DNA from: Thermoplasmata archaeon
Lineage (GTDB): Archaea > Thermoplasmatota > Thermoplasmata > Halarchaeoplasmatales > Halarchaeoplasmataceae
Assembly: GCA_003551675.1 (NCBI GenBank)
Contig: PUNG01000152.1
Coordinates: 5,377 to 69,376 of the forward strand
Reading direction: 5' to 3'
Length of the DNA: 64,000 nucleotides
A program made the position numbers and the translations under genes. The notes below the pieces were generated by a model. The model had not been told where the DNA came from and did not search any database. It worked only from the letters and a program-made list of their open reading frames with translations. Of the stretch, positions 49,939 to 58,599 are shown in pieces; the first letter of the stretch is position 1; every line of letters begins with the position of its first letter.

Positions 49939-51862
49939 TTATCTCGTCCATGCTCTTTTTGTACTTCTTTAGATTTTCAAAACTTTTTTTGACGTCTCCT
50001 CTTTTTAGAGCTTTGTTCGTTTCTTTTAGATATTTCACGGGTTTCGATACGTCAGCACCCTTTATTTTTGCCTCTTTCAATTTGTTTTTTGCACCTTTTA
50101 TCTCATCTCTCAAGATCGCTGGCAGCTCATCGGATAATTTATCCTCCGCTTGTAAAAGGAATTTTCTAGATATCTGTGGATTTTTTTGTTTACTCCTCTC
50201 TTTCGCTTTTTTCAGCAGTTTTTCGGCTTCAGGAAACTTAAAACCATGTTCTTTTACGTCTTTTATTATACCTTCTAGTACGGCGATATCTTTTTTCACC
50301 TCTTCCATGACCTCTTTTTTATCCTCGGCTTTTTCTTTTCGTTTCTCCTCTATCTTTTCTTTCGCCTTTTCTATGGACTCAGAAACTTTTTCATAATCCT
50401 CTTGGTCTCTATACTTTTTTATGTCTTCTATTATGGTGCCTCTCTCTTTTTGTGGCAGTCGTCTCTCTATATTTTTTATCTTTTCGTTTATCTGGTTTTC
50501 GAGTTTTTTCTGGAAAAATATCTTACACTCATTTAATGAATTCAAGGCATCCTCGTATTCGTTATCCTTTGTCTTTTTCACAGCTTGGTTGATCAGTTCT
50601 TTCCCATCTTTAACGTCGACATCGAAGTTTTTAGCGGTTTTCAGAAGCGCCGTCATCTCGGGTATCTTCTGTTGTATTTTCTTGAAGTGATCCTTCTTAT
50701 CTTGATCTTTGAAAACCAATTTTTTTTCTAAAGTCTTCTTCATCTCTGCGATATTTTCATCTAATAGATCTTTTGCTTCAGTGAAATCACCATGTTCCGC
50801 TTTGTCCATGGCCTCATCTATTTTATTTGAATATTCGCTGGTGTCTACGCCTTTAAGACTGAGTTTTTCCAGATGTGATTTAGCTTCGGCGGCGTCTTCG
50901 GCAACATCGTACAAACTTTCTGACATCTTTTGCGCACTCATAAGGCTGTGGTAGCTCGCCAGTATCCGGTTTTTTTTCTTTTCTTTTTCAGCTTTTTTCA
51001 GCATCTTTTTGATCCGGTGGGTTTTGATGATCTTCTTCTCTAACTCCGAAAGTATCTCTTGAATCGATTTTTTCTTCTCTTTCATCACCTTTGAGAATTC
51101 GTGTTTTTTCGTCAGTCCCATATCCTCGACGACTTCTTCTACGTCCCTTTCGACTTCTTTCGCCTTTTTCGCCGCTATGGCATACTCGCCTATTTCACAA
51201 CCCCTGTATACCTGATCCAACCAACCTTCGATCTCAGATGCATCAGTCTTTTGGGAGATCCATTCAAGGTAATTCTTGCATCTTTCCAACCTTTCCTTTA
51301 TCTCTTCAGCGTGACTTATGGTGATCTTCAATCGTTCCATCAGTGTATTTTCTCTTTCAGGATCTAATTCGTCGGTCTTTTTTACTTCTTCGAGATCCTC
51401 TTTTATCTCCTCCAATCCTATTCCAAATCGGTCCAACTTCCCTATCCTTTTTTCAAAAGATTCGATGCTGTCTTCTTCCTCTACTTCGTCTATTTCGACC
51501 TCATCCTCCTCTTCCTCTGCTTCGAACACAACGCCACACTCAGGGCATTTAGAAGCGTCATCCGAGACCTCGCTCTCGCATATGGGGCACTCAAAGGTGA
51601 AGAAACTTTCATCTTCGGACTCTTCTAAGATATCCTCTTCAGACAGCCCCAACTCTTCGAGATCACCTATCAGTTCTTCTTCGTCCTCCTCGTCGAGTAC
51701 CAGACCCATGACTTTTTCTATGGATTCCTCTGATACTTCTTCATCTAGATCTATACCTTCCTCGAAAAGGTTTAGATCAGCTTTGCACACAGGGCATCTA
51801 TCTTTGCCCTGGGGTACCTCTGAATCGCAGACTGGACATGGTCTTTTAGAATCTTTTGCCAA
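49931..51862 (-). CDS. Double zinc-ribbon, acidic, long coiled-coil protein of unknown function
   Basis: N-terminal CPVCDSE...CPVCKAD and CPICESE...CPECGV zinc ribbons, D/E-rich linkers and about 450 aa of K/E-rich predicted coiled coil. Confidence 0.5.
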   Translation of the reverse strand: MAKDSKRPCPVCDSEVPQGKDRCPVCKADLNLFEEGIDLDEEVSEESIEKVMGLVLDEEDEEELIGDLEELGLSEEDILEESEDESFFTFECPICESEVSDDASKCPECGVVFEAEEEEDEVEIDEVEEEDSIESFEKRIGKLDRFGIGLEEIKEDLEEVKKTDELDPERENTLMERLKITISHAEEIKERLERCKNYLEWISQKTDASEIEGWLDQVYRGCEIGEYAIAAKKAKEVERDVEEVVEDMGLTKKHEFSKVMKEKKKSIQEILSELEKKIIKTHRIKKMLKKAEKEKKKNRILASYHSLMSAQKMSESLYDVAEDAAEAKSHLEKLSLKGVDTSEYSNKIDEAMDKAEHGDFTEAKDLLDENIAEMKKTLEKKLVFKDQDKKDHFKKIQQKIPEMTALLKTAKNFDVDVKDGKELINQAVKKTKDNEYEDALNSLNECKIFFQKKLENQINEKIKNIERRLPQKERGTIIEDIKKYRDQEDYEKVSESIEKAKEKIEEKRKEKAEDKKEVMEEVKKDIAVLEGIIKDVKEHGFKFPEAEKLLKKAKERSKQKNPQISRKFLLQAEDKLSDELPAILRDEIKGAKNKLKEAKIKGADVSKPVKYLKETNKALKRGDVKKSFENLKKYKKSMDEING

Positions 51863-51989
51863 AGGGTTAGCACCTCGTGTAGCTGGTGAAAAAGATAGGA
51901 TAGCATATAAAGGTTTTATGTTGATATATTAATGAAACGGTACTCACTCACCAAAATCTTTTAAACTACCTCGATACCATGGTCATCCG

Positions 51990-53255
51990 ATGACTCTCAT
52001 AGAAAGATGTGAAAAAAGCGTACCTGAACAGGTCGTTAAAGCGGTGGAGAACGAACCCATAGACTCTAAGAGATTGGCTCGTCTGATAAAAAACGGTCGA
52101 GCGGTCATACCCTACAATCCTATCCACGGTCCTGAACCGATCCCGATCGGCAAAGATATGAAAGTGAAGATAAACGTTAATCTTGGCACCTCTAGAGACC
52201 ATAAGGATGAGGACCTAGAACTGAAAAAATTAAAGGTGGCGGAAGAATACGGGAGCCACGCGGTCATGGATTTAAGCACAGGTGGAGATATCGACAGGGT
52301 GAGAAGGAAAGTGATAGATAACACCGATCTACCTGTGGGTACCGTTCCAATATACCAATGCGGCCTTACCAAGGCGAGAGAGTCATCCGTAGTGGATATG
52401 AATTCTGATGAGATGTTCAACAGTGTGAGGAAGCACGCCAGAGACGGTGTTGACTTTGTAACGGTACATTGTGGCGTCACGAAAAAAGCTATCGACAGTT
52501 TGAAGGAATGTGGAAGATTAACAGACATAGTGAGCAGAGGTGGATCCTTTTTAGCGGCGTGGATATTACACAATCAAGAGGAAAATCCACTCTACCAGGA
52601 ATTCGATTACCTTTTGGAGATCGCTAGAGAATACGACCTAACTTTGAGTTTAGGCGACGGGTTGAGACCTGGTTCCATAGCAGATGCTACTGATAGACCG
52701 CAGATACAAGAATTGATCACACTCGGTGAACTGGTAAAAAGGTCGAGAGAGAAAAAAGTACAGGCCATGGTCGAAGGACCGGGTCACGTGCCCCTTGATC
52801 AGATAAGTGCTAACGTTAAGATACAAAAGGAGATATGTGACGGAGCACCCTTTTACGTGCTTGGTCCTCTTGTTACCGATTTCGCACCGGGCTATGATCA
52901 TATCTCCGGAGCTATAGGAGGCGCGTTGGCTGCATATCATGGTGCAGATTTTCTTTGTTATGTAACTCCTGCAGAGCACCTGGGTCTTCCCGACGTCGAA
53001 GACGTAAAAGAAGGCGTCATAGCCTCTAGGATAGCTGCCCACGCCGCCGATATAACCAAAGGTATAGACGTCGATATAGATGATGACCTATCAAAGGCGA
53101 GAAAAGAGCTCAACTGGGAAAAGATGTTCGAAAAAGTGGTGGATCCTAAAAAAGCTAAAAAGATGAGAAAAGAAAAGAACAGTGCGGACGAGGATGTATG
53201 CTCCATGTGCGGAGACGTCTGTGCCATAAAGATGGTTGAAGATCAATTTCGGTAA
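51990..53255 (+). CDS. thiC: Phosphomethylpyrimidine synthase ThiC
   Basis: IVSRGGSFLAAWI and the C-terminal CSMCGDVCAIK radical-SAM-like cluster motif. Confidence 0.85.
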   Translation: MTLIERCEKSVPEQVVKAVENEPIDSKRLARLIKNGRAVIPYNPIHGPEPIPIGKDMKVKINVNLGTSRDHKDEDLELKKLKVAEEYGSHAVMDLSTGGDIDRVRRKVIDNTDLPVGTVPIYQCGLTKARESSVVDMNSDEMFNSVRKHARDGVDFVTVHCGVTKKAIDSLKECGRLTDIVSRGGSFLAAWILHNQEENPLYQEFDYLLEIAREYDLTLSLGDGLRPGSIADATDRPQIQELITLGELVKRSREKKVQAMVEGPGHVPLDQISANVKIQKEICDGAPFYVLGPLVTDFAPGYDHISGAIGGALAAYHGADFLCYVTPAEHLGLPDVEDVKEGVIASRIAAHAADITKGIDVDIDDDLSKARKELNWEKMFEKVVDPKKAKKMRKEKNSADEDVCSMCGDVCAIKMVEDQFR

Positions 53256-53328
53256 TTTTAAAAGTGAGTAGCCATTTCTTCTGGACCTCGAGGGCCATAA
53301 AAACACTACAACACGGCCCCTTCTTCAT

Positions 53329-53479
53329 GCCGAGGTAGCTAAGCCTGGACCAAGGCGCCGGCCTTGAGAGCCGCCGATCAGAGGAAAGTCTTCACGGGCT
53401 TTCCTCGAGCCGGGATTCCCGGCGATCAAGCAAGCCGGTGGCGCGCTGCGCCTCAGGAGTTCGAATCTCCTCCTCGGCG
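53329..53479 (+). tRNA. tRNA-Ser (anticodon UGA), type II, with 64-nt intron at canonical 37/38 position
   Basis: The acceptor GCCGAGG/CCTCGGC is a perfect 7-bp helix and the discriminator is G. The D-arm is GCU...GGC and the anticodon stem CCGGC/GCCGG with loop CUUGAG-intron-A. A 16-nt variable-arm hairpin reads UGGCGCGCUGCGCCUC. The T-arm is AGGAG UUCGAAU CUCCU. The intron spans 53369..53432 and has its own hairpins. Confidence 0.7.
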
Positions 53480-53620
53480 TTCGTTCCTATGTCACTCACG
53501 CCTTCAGATGAGATTCGAAAACTGTTCGGAATGCCTCTGGCATTCCAAACGCTCACAATTCGCAGGAAACCGAAGGTTTCTGAATAAGAATAGGATGAAA
53601 TCCTACGAAATCAAAGATTT

Positions 53621-53641
53621 GTTCGTCTCCTCCTCGGCGTT
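53621..53641 (+). repeat. Direct repeat of tRNA-Ser 3' end (GTTCG..TCTCCTCCTCGGCGTT), possible attR/integration scar
   Basis: An exact 16-mer TCTCCTCCTCGGCGTT occurs at 53466..53481 (tRNA T-stem/acceptor 3' strand) and again at 53626..53641. The second copy is preceded by GTTCG, a T-loop fragment. Confidence 0.5.
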
Positions 53642-53773
53642 TTCATTAACTTTCGAGCGAAGCGAAAAATGAAAAGACAAAAAAATATTCCATTTCCCTA
53701 TTCCACCAAGAAAAGTTAAATCAAAGTAGTATTTCATCTTATGTCATAGGTCCAATTATCTATTTAAAGAAGT

Positions 53774-54250
53774 GTGATTAATTTGAAGATGGAAAAACCG
53801 ACGGACATATACAAGGTTACAGGAAGGATCAGAGTGATCTTCAACTATATTATAATAAACTTGATCTGTTCTCCTCTTCCGCCTGGAAGGCTAAAAAACT
53901 GGTTTCTGAGGAGAACTGGTATGAAAGTTGGTAAGGACGCGTGGGTGAATCCGCAGTGCGTTTTCGACCCGTTAAATCCTGAAATGATCACCATAGATGA
54001 TGGGGCTTTTCTAGGTTGGGGATGCAGACTGATGGCCCACGTGATAGTCCCCAGCGAAAAAGGTGGTTATGATTATAAAGATGGCGAAGTGGTGATCAAA
54101 TCAAAAGCCTTCGTCGGTGGATTCTCTACGGTCCTACCGGATACGATAGTGGAAGGTATGCTTTTCAATAATTCACTGGTTTGTGAGGATATACCAAAAG
54201 GGGAAAGGTGGGGAGGAGTTCCTGCAAAAAAGATCAGTAACAACGATTGA
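53774..54250 (+). CDS. Hexapeptide-repeat acetyltransferase (left-handed beta-helix)
   Basis: Hexapeptide-like repeats (IDDGAFLGWGCRLMAHVIV...VIKSKAFVGGFSTVLPDTIV); 158 aa. Confidence 0.65.
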   Translation: MINLKMEKPTDIYKVTGRIRVIFNYIIINLICSPLPPGRLKNWFLRRTGMKVGKDAWVNPQCVFDPLNPEMITIDDGAFLGWGCRLMAHVIVPSEKGGYDYKDGEVVIKSKAFVGGFSTVLPDTIVEGMLFNNSLVCEDIPKGERWGGVPAKKISNND

Positions 54251-54508
54251 TCCAAATTGATGACAATCCATGAAAAACCTTTTTCTGTTTTTGCCCTTAT
54301 ACAAAAAATACTTTTAGCGTATGCTCTAGTAAAAGAATGCGTCTAAATCGCTCTGTAGAAACTAACTTTGCCCCTTGATAAAATTTTCATAGCAATCAGA
54401 AGATACAATTTTGTTTAAGCAAGGTATTAGGATGATATTCGGGATGTTGAAAGACGAATTAGAGCTCGAAAGAAAAGTGATTTAAATGATCGGTTCTATC
54501 CTTAAAGT

Positions 54509-55066
54509 ATGTCGTGGATAGACGAGATAGAAAAAGAAGATGCTCAAGGCGAGCTCAAAGATATTTATGATGAATTGATGGAGAGCAGAGGAAACGTATC
54601 AAATATCTTAAAAGTGCACAGCTTGAACCCAGGAGCTATGAAAGCACATCTTGATCTTTACATGTCAGTGATGTTCAAAGATTCAAGCCTTAGTCGAAAA
54701 GAATCGGAGATGATAGCGGTTGTCGTTTCCGCAGCAAACGGCTGTGAATACTGCGTTGAACATCATGTAGAAGCTTTGAACCACTACTGGCGAGACGAAG
54801 AAAGGGTAAGACTTCTGGCGGAAGACTATGAAAAAACCGAGGTAGACGAAAGATATAAGGTGATGCTCGGATTCGCCAAAAAGTTGACTGAAGAGCCCCA
54901 TAAGATGATAGAGGATGATGTGGATAAACTAAAAGACGAAGGTTTTTCTCATCAGGACGTACTCAATATAACTTTGGTAACCGGCTATTTTAACTTCGTC
55001 AATCGTATAGCACTGGGGCTCGGTGTCGAACCACAGGAAGAAGAGGTCAAGGGTTACGAGTATTGA
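54509..55066 (+). CDS. AhpD-like / carboxymuconolactone decarboxylase family protein
   Basis: VVSAANGCEYCVEHH, the CxxC...H AhpD-core motif. Confidence 0.7.
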   Translation: MSWIDEIEKEDAQGELKDIYDELMESRGNVSNILKVHSLNPGAMKAHLDLYMSVMFKDSSLSRKESEMIAVVVSAANGCEYCVEHHVEALNHYWRDEERVRLLAEDYEKTEVDERYKVMLGFAKKLTEEPHKMIEDDVDKLKDEGFSHQDVLNITLVTGYFNFVNRIALGLGVEPQEEEVKGYEY

Positions 55067-55069
55067 TTT

Positions 55070-56251
55070 TCACTTGGATATCAAGGTGAACCATGCCCAA
55101 ACACCGCTCAAAATCCCAACGCCTAGGAACACCACGTTTAAATCTGTGAATACCAGAGACAAACCGATCACTAGGGGGGCCATCGTCATGCCCACGTACT
55201 TCATGGTGTTGAAGATCGATATCACGGATCCTGTGAGTTTCGGAGGTGATAATCGGGTCACCCGGTTATATATGGTGGGTGAAACGATGCCCATGCCTAT
55301 GCCATAAAAGATGAAGCTGAAACTGATCAGATAGCTTCCTTCTGGCCAGTACGGCAGCGTTAAGAAGCTGCCGCAGATGAGAGCGAACCCAAGAGAAGCT
55401 CGTTTCCGCCAATTTAGATGATCGGCGATAAAAGTAGCTCTTGATGCGAGTACTGCTGAAAAAACCGCCTGACCGGACAGGGCTATGCCGTTGAAGATTT
55501 CAGAGAAGCCGTGGGCCTCCATGAGATATATAGGCAGATATGTGATCAGCGCGTAGAGCAAAAAATAAAGGATCAGAGAATGTATCATCACGTTACGTAT
55601 CTTTTTAATTTTCAGCGTAGAGAACAATGATGATACGTAATCAAAGACTCCGTCGTGCTTAGGCTTTTTTGATTTAGAACTCGTTTCAGGGATAGTAAAG
55701 TAAAACAACGCGGCCAAAAATATAGATAGACCGTACACGGCGAAGACGAGCTTCCAACTTACCGATGCGAGTACACCACCGATGAAAGGGATAACCGCTG
55801 CTCCAAGAGAGATGGTTCCGGATAGATAACCCATGAGCTGTAACCTTTTATCGCCTGAAAAAAGGTCCCCTATCACTGTCATGGCTATAGGTACCAATCC
55901 GGCGATACCGATACCTTGTATGAATCGGAGGATCAAAAGTGTAGAAAAATTTGGAGCAAAGACTATAGCTAAACCGGCACATCCGTCGATGAGTAGGCAC
56001 ACAACTCCTACTTTTTTCCGACCTACGAAATCGATAAGGTATCCTATGACGGGCAGGCTCAAAGCGGCCGCTAGAGTATAGATGCTCAAGATCAAACCAA
56101 CATGTTCCTCGGCGGCGTCGAAAGCGGCCCCTATGGTAGGTAAACCTGGAGCTACCAAACCACCTCCCATCACTCCGAAGGCCCCCAACAGTAGAAGTAT
56201 CATCACCACGAATTTGGAGATGTTTCCTTTATCTGTCTGCAAGACCATCAC
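55070..56251 (-). CDS. Major facilitator superfamily transporter
   Basis: 393 aa with about 12 TM helices and the MFS motif GYLIDFVGRKK. Confidence 0.8.
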   Translation of the reverse strand: MMVLQTDKGNISKFVVMILLLLGAFGVMGGGLVAPGLPTIGAAFDAAEEHVGLILSIYTLAAALSLPVIGYLIDFVGRKKVGVVCLLIDGCAGLAIVFAPNFSTLLILRFIQGIGIAGLVPIAMTVIGDLFSGDKRLQLMGYLSGTISLGAAVIPFIGGVLASVSWKLVFAVYGLSIFLAALFYFTIPETSSKSKKPKHDGVFDYVSSLFSTLKIKKIRNVMIHSLILYFLLYALITYLPIYLMEAHGFSEIFNGIALSGQAVFSAVLASRATFIADHLNWRKRASLGFALICGSFLTLPYWPEGSYLISFSFIFYGIGMGIVSPTIYNRVTRLSPPKLTGSVISIFNTMKYVGMTMAPLVIGLSLVFTDLNVVFLGVGILSGVWAWFTLISK

Positions 56252-56368
56252 TCCGGAACACGGTGAACATATTGAAAGGATGAAGTCCTATGCAAAAATA
56301 AAATTTCCCCATGAAAAAGAAAGATATCATCCAAAAAAAGATTAAAACCATCACCGATTGGGTAGATC

Positions 56369-57613
56369 ATGTTGATCGACATACCTTACGCAGATGACAA
56401 GATAACCGTGGATGTGGAAGAGCAAAAAGTCCATGCGGTCCTACATCCCAACGAGGTACAGAAAAAAGAAGAGAAAGAAGTGATACTCGAAGCACTAAAG
56501 TATCCCATAGACAAACCCAAATTTTCAGATTTCATCGAAGACGGCACTTTGATGATCGTCAATGATGCAACTAGACCGACTCCAACTTCGTTGGTACTGG
56601 AAACGATATCAGAATATATAGAAGAGCACGAGGTAGAATTCATAGTTGCTACAGGTTCCCATCGGAAGCCCACCGGAGAAGAACTCCGATGGATATTCGG
56701 TGATATCTATCAGAGCGTCAAAGAAAATATACACATCCACGATGCAAAAAACGACGATACGGTGGATTACGGAACTACCAAGAGAGGAACTCCAGTCAGA
56801 TTCAACAAACTCGCTGCGGAGGCCGAAAAGGTCTTTGCCGTGAACACTGTAGAACCCCACTACTTTGCCGGATTCACGGGAGGAAGAAAATCATTTTTAC
56901 CGGGGATAGCCTCCTACGAAACCATAACAGAAAATCATTATCATTCTCTCAAAAAAGATGCAAAAGCGTTGAAACTCAAAGGCAATCCGATCCATGAGGA
57001 TATGATGGAGGCTTACAGAAAATTTGATGCTGAAGTTTACGGACTTAATATAACGTTGGATAAAGAGGGAAGAGTTTACTCCGCAAGCTCGGGAAATTTA
57101 GAAAGAGTTTTCCTTGAAGAAGTCAGAACAGCCAAAAGGATATTCACAGCAAGTATAGAAAATAGATCTGAAGTTGTCGTGACCGCCGCATATCCCATGG
57201 ACCTAGACCTTTACCAGAGCCACAAAGCCGTAGAATTCGCAAAGTCGGCTCTGAAGAAAGGAGGGATCATGATACTTGTATCGCACTGTTCCGACGGGAT
57301 AGGGCCTAAAAATTTCTATGAATTGATGAGCTCTGTTGATTCATTAGAAGGAATTTTAGAAAGGGTAAAAGAGGAGTACCGATTAGGCTATCAAAAGGCT
57401 GTAAAATTAGAATATCTATGCTCAAACGATTCTCTTTGGGCGGTAACTGGTTTAAACGACCGAGTTCTCAAATCGATATCCATTGAGCCAAAAGAGTCGC
57501 TTCAAAAAGCCATCGACGAGGCTCTTCTTAAGACTGGAGGAAAAGTTACATTTATTCCTGAAGGTGGTACCACGGTGCCCATATTTAAAGAAGAGTCAGT
57601 TTATCTAGAGTAG
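56369..57613 (+). CDS. LarA-like (nickel-pincer lactate racemase family, DUF2088) protein
   Basis: IVATGSHRKPT (G[ST]HR motif) and FAGFTGGRKSFLPGIA (conserved Lys); 414 aa. Confidence 0.6.
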   Translation: MLIDIPYADDKITVDVEEQKVHAVLHPNEVQKKEEKEVILEALKYPIDKPKFSDFIEDGTLMIVNDATRPTPTSLVLETISEYIEEHEVEFIVATGSHRKPTGEELRWIFGDIYQSVKENIHIHDAKNDDTVDYGTTKRGTPVRFNKLAAEAEKVFAVNTVEPHYFAGFTGGRKSFLPGIASYETITENHYHSLKKDAKALKLKGNPIHEDMMEAYRKFDAEVYGLNITLDKEGRVYSASSGNLERVFLEEVRTAKRIFTASIENRSEVVVTAAYPMDLDLYQSHKAVEFAKSALKKGGIMILVSHCSDGIGPKNFYELMSSVDSLEGILERVKEEYRLGYQKAVKLEYLCSNDSLWAVTGLNDRVLKSISIEPKESLQKAIDEALLKTGGKVTFIPEGGTTVPIFKEESVYLE

Positions 57614-58057
57614 GTGGGGAGGAACATCCGCTTCTAGAGGGTCTTCTTGGCTCCAGTCGGGTCGGTATCGAAGGATCATACCTGTCTCGTCTTCCTGGAT
57701 TTCGAAGCTGATCCTGAACGTATCGCTCTCTCCACCGGCGATCTTGCTTGGAAACCCTATTTCATCGTGGTAAGATCTGCTGTATCTTTTATCTGTCTCG
57801 AGTTCGAAATGCCGAGCTACGGGATAAAAATCCGATCCTACATCTAGGTTTTCCATTCTCACCTGGATGTACAAAAATACATGATCATCTTTGGGAGCAC
57901 GGTTCCTTGCATCGTACTCTTTTATCTCCGCATCCTGCACCGTCATATCTATCTCTGGGTCGAGAGAAACTTCATCATCTAAGCATCCTGTGAGCGCAAC
58001 TACACTAAATAGGAGTATGACAGAAACAAAGATCGCAGAGACATCTACTACTCTCAT
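57605..58057 (-). CDS. Predicted lipoprotein / secreted protein
   Basis: Signal peptide with a lipobox-like LTGC (MRVVDVSAIFVSVILLFSVVALTGC). Confidence 0.45.
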   Translation of the reverse strand: MRVVDVSAIFVSVILLFSVVALTGCLDDEVSLDPEIDMTVQDAEIKEYDARNRAPKDDHVFLYIQVRMENLDVGSDFYPVARHFELETDKRYSRSYHDEIGFPSKIAGGESDTFRISFEIQEDETGMILRYRPDWSQEDPLEADVPPHLL

Positions 58058-58198
58058 GGCGCACACGTCTTGGAGGGTATAGAAAGTGAAAGGATATGAA
58101 ATTTTCTCATGATATGTGAAATGTGTTGGTCCGTATACCAAAACACTGGGTATTCAAAACATATATATAGACGTCTATAAATCATAAAACGTGATATC

Positions 58199-58570
58199 TT
58201 GTCATGGTCTGACAGAATCGAGTTTGATCTATCTCAGAGGTTGAAAACCAAGACAGAAGCTGGTGATGGAGATGAGGTCAAAACTCCACGAAAGAAAAAC
58301 AAAAAGAGAGCCGCTTTAGCATCTCTATTCTTTCCAGGTTTAGGTCAACTCTATAACAGACATTGGGGGAAAGGCATCCTTTTTTTCGCCATAGGTGTGG
58401 TATGTGCGGTATACCTTTTTTACTATATTACCGGCTATCTGATTTTCACTCCGGTGATGATCATATCGCTTTTCTGGGCGTACAATGTTTACGATGCGTT
58501 TTCAAAGGCTGAAGGGGACCATGAAGACGAAGGTAGTATGATGCTCAGGAAGAGTAAGAGACGAAGCTAA
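58199..58570 (+). CDS. Small TM2-like membrane protein
   Basis: SLFFPGLGQLYNRHWGKGILFFAIG is followed by a second TM. The N-terminus is basic. Confidence 0.4.
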   Translation: MSWSDRIEFDLSQRLKTKTEAGDGDEVKTPRKKNKKRAALASLFFPGLGQLYNRHWGKGILFFAIGVVCAVYLFYYITGYLIFTPVMIISLFWAYNVYDAFSKAEGDHEDEGSMMLRKSKRRS

Positions 58571-58599
58571 AGGTCAAAAAAATAAGGGTCAAAAGACAT

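Noticed and set aside
51318-51932. 204-aa plus-strand serine-rich ORF, plus several 60-150 aa plus-strand ORFs at 49950..51367
   Set aside because: They are antisense to the K/E-rich coiled-coil gene, where GA-rich codons give open S/F-rich frames on the opposite strand. No independent signals support them.
53369-53432. GAGGAAAGTC...GGGC stretch resembling the conserved RNase P RNA CR-I/P4 sequence
   Set aside because: The surrounding sequence folds cleanly as a tRNA-Ser with this stretch as the 37/38 intron. The GAGGAAAG is paired to an immediately adjacent CTTTCCTC in a local hairpin, which is not the RNase P topology. No CR-IV/CR-V counterparts were found.
53329-53479. Possibility that the T-arm plus acceptor 3' half at 53455..53479 is a split tRNA 3' half with its 5' half encoded elsewhere
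   Set aside because: A perfectly complementary 5' acceptor strand (GCCGAGG) followed by D-arm and anticodon arm is present 150 nt upstream. A single intron-containing gene is therefore the simpler explanation.
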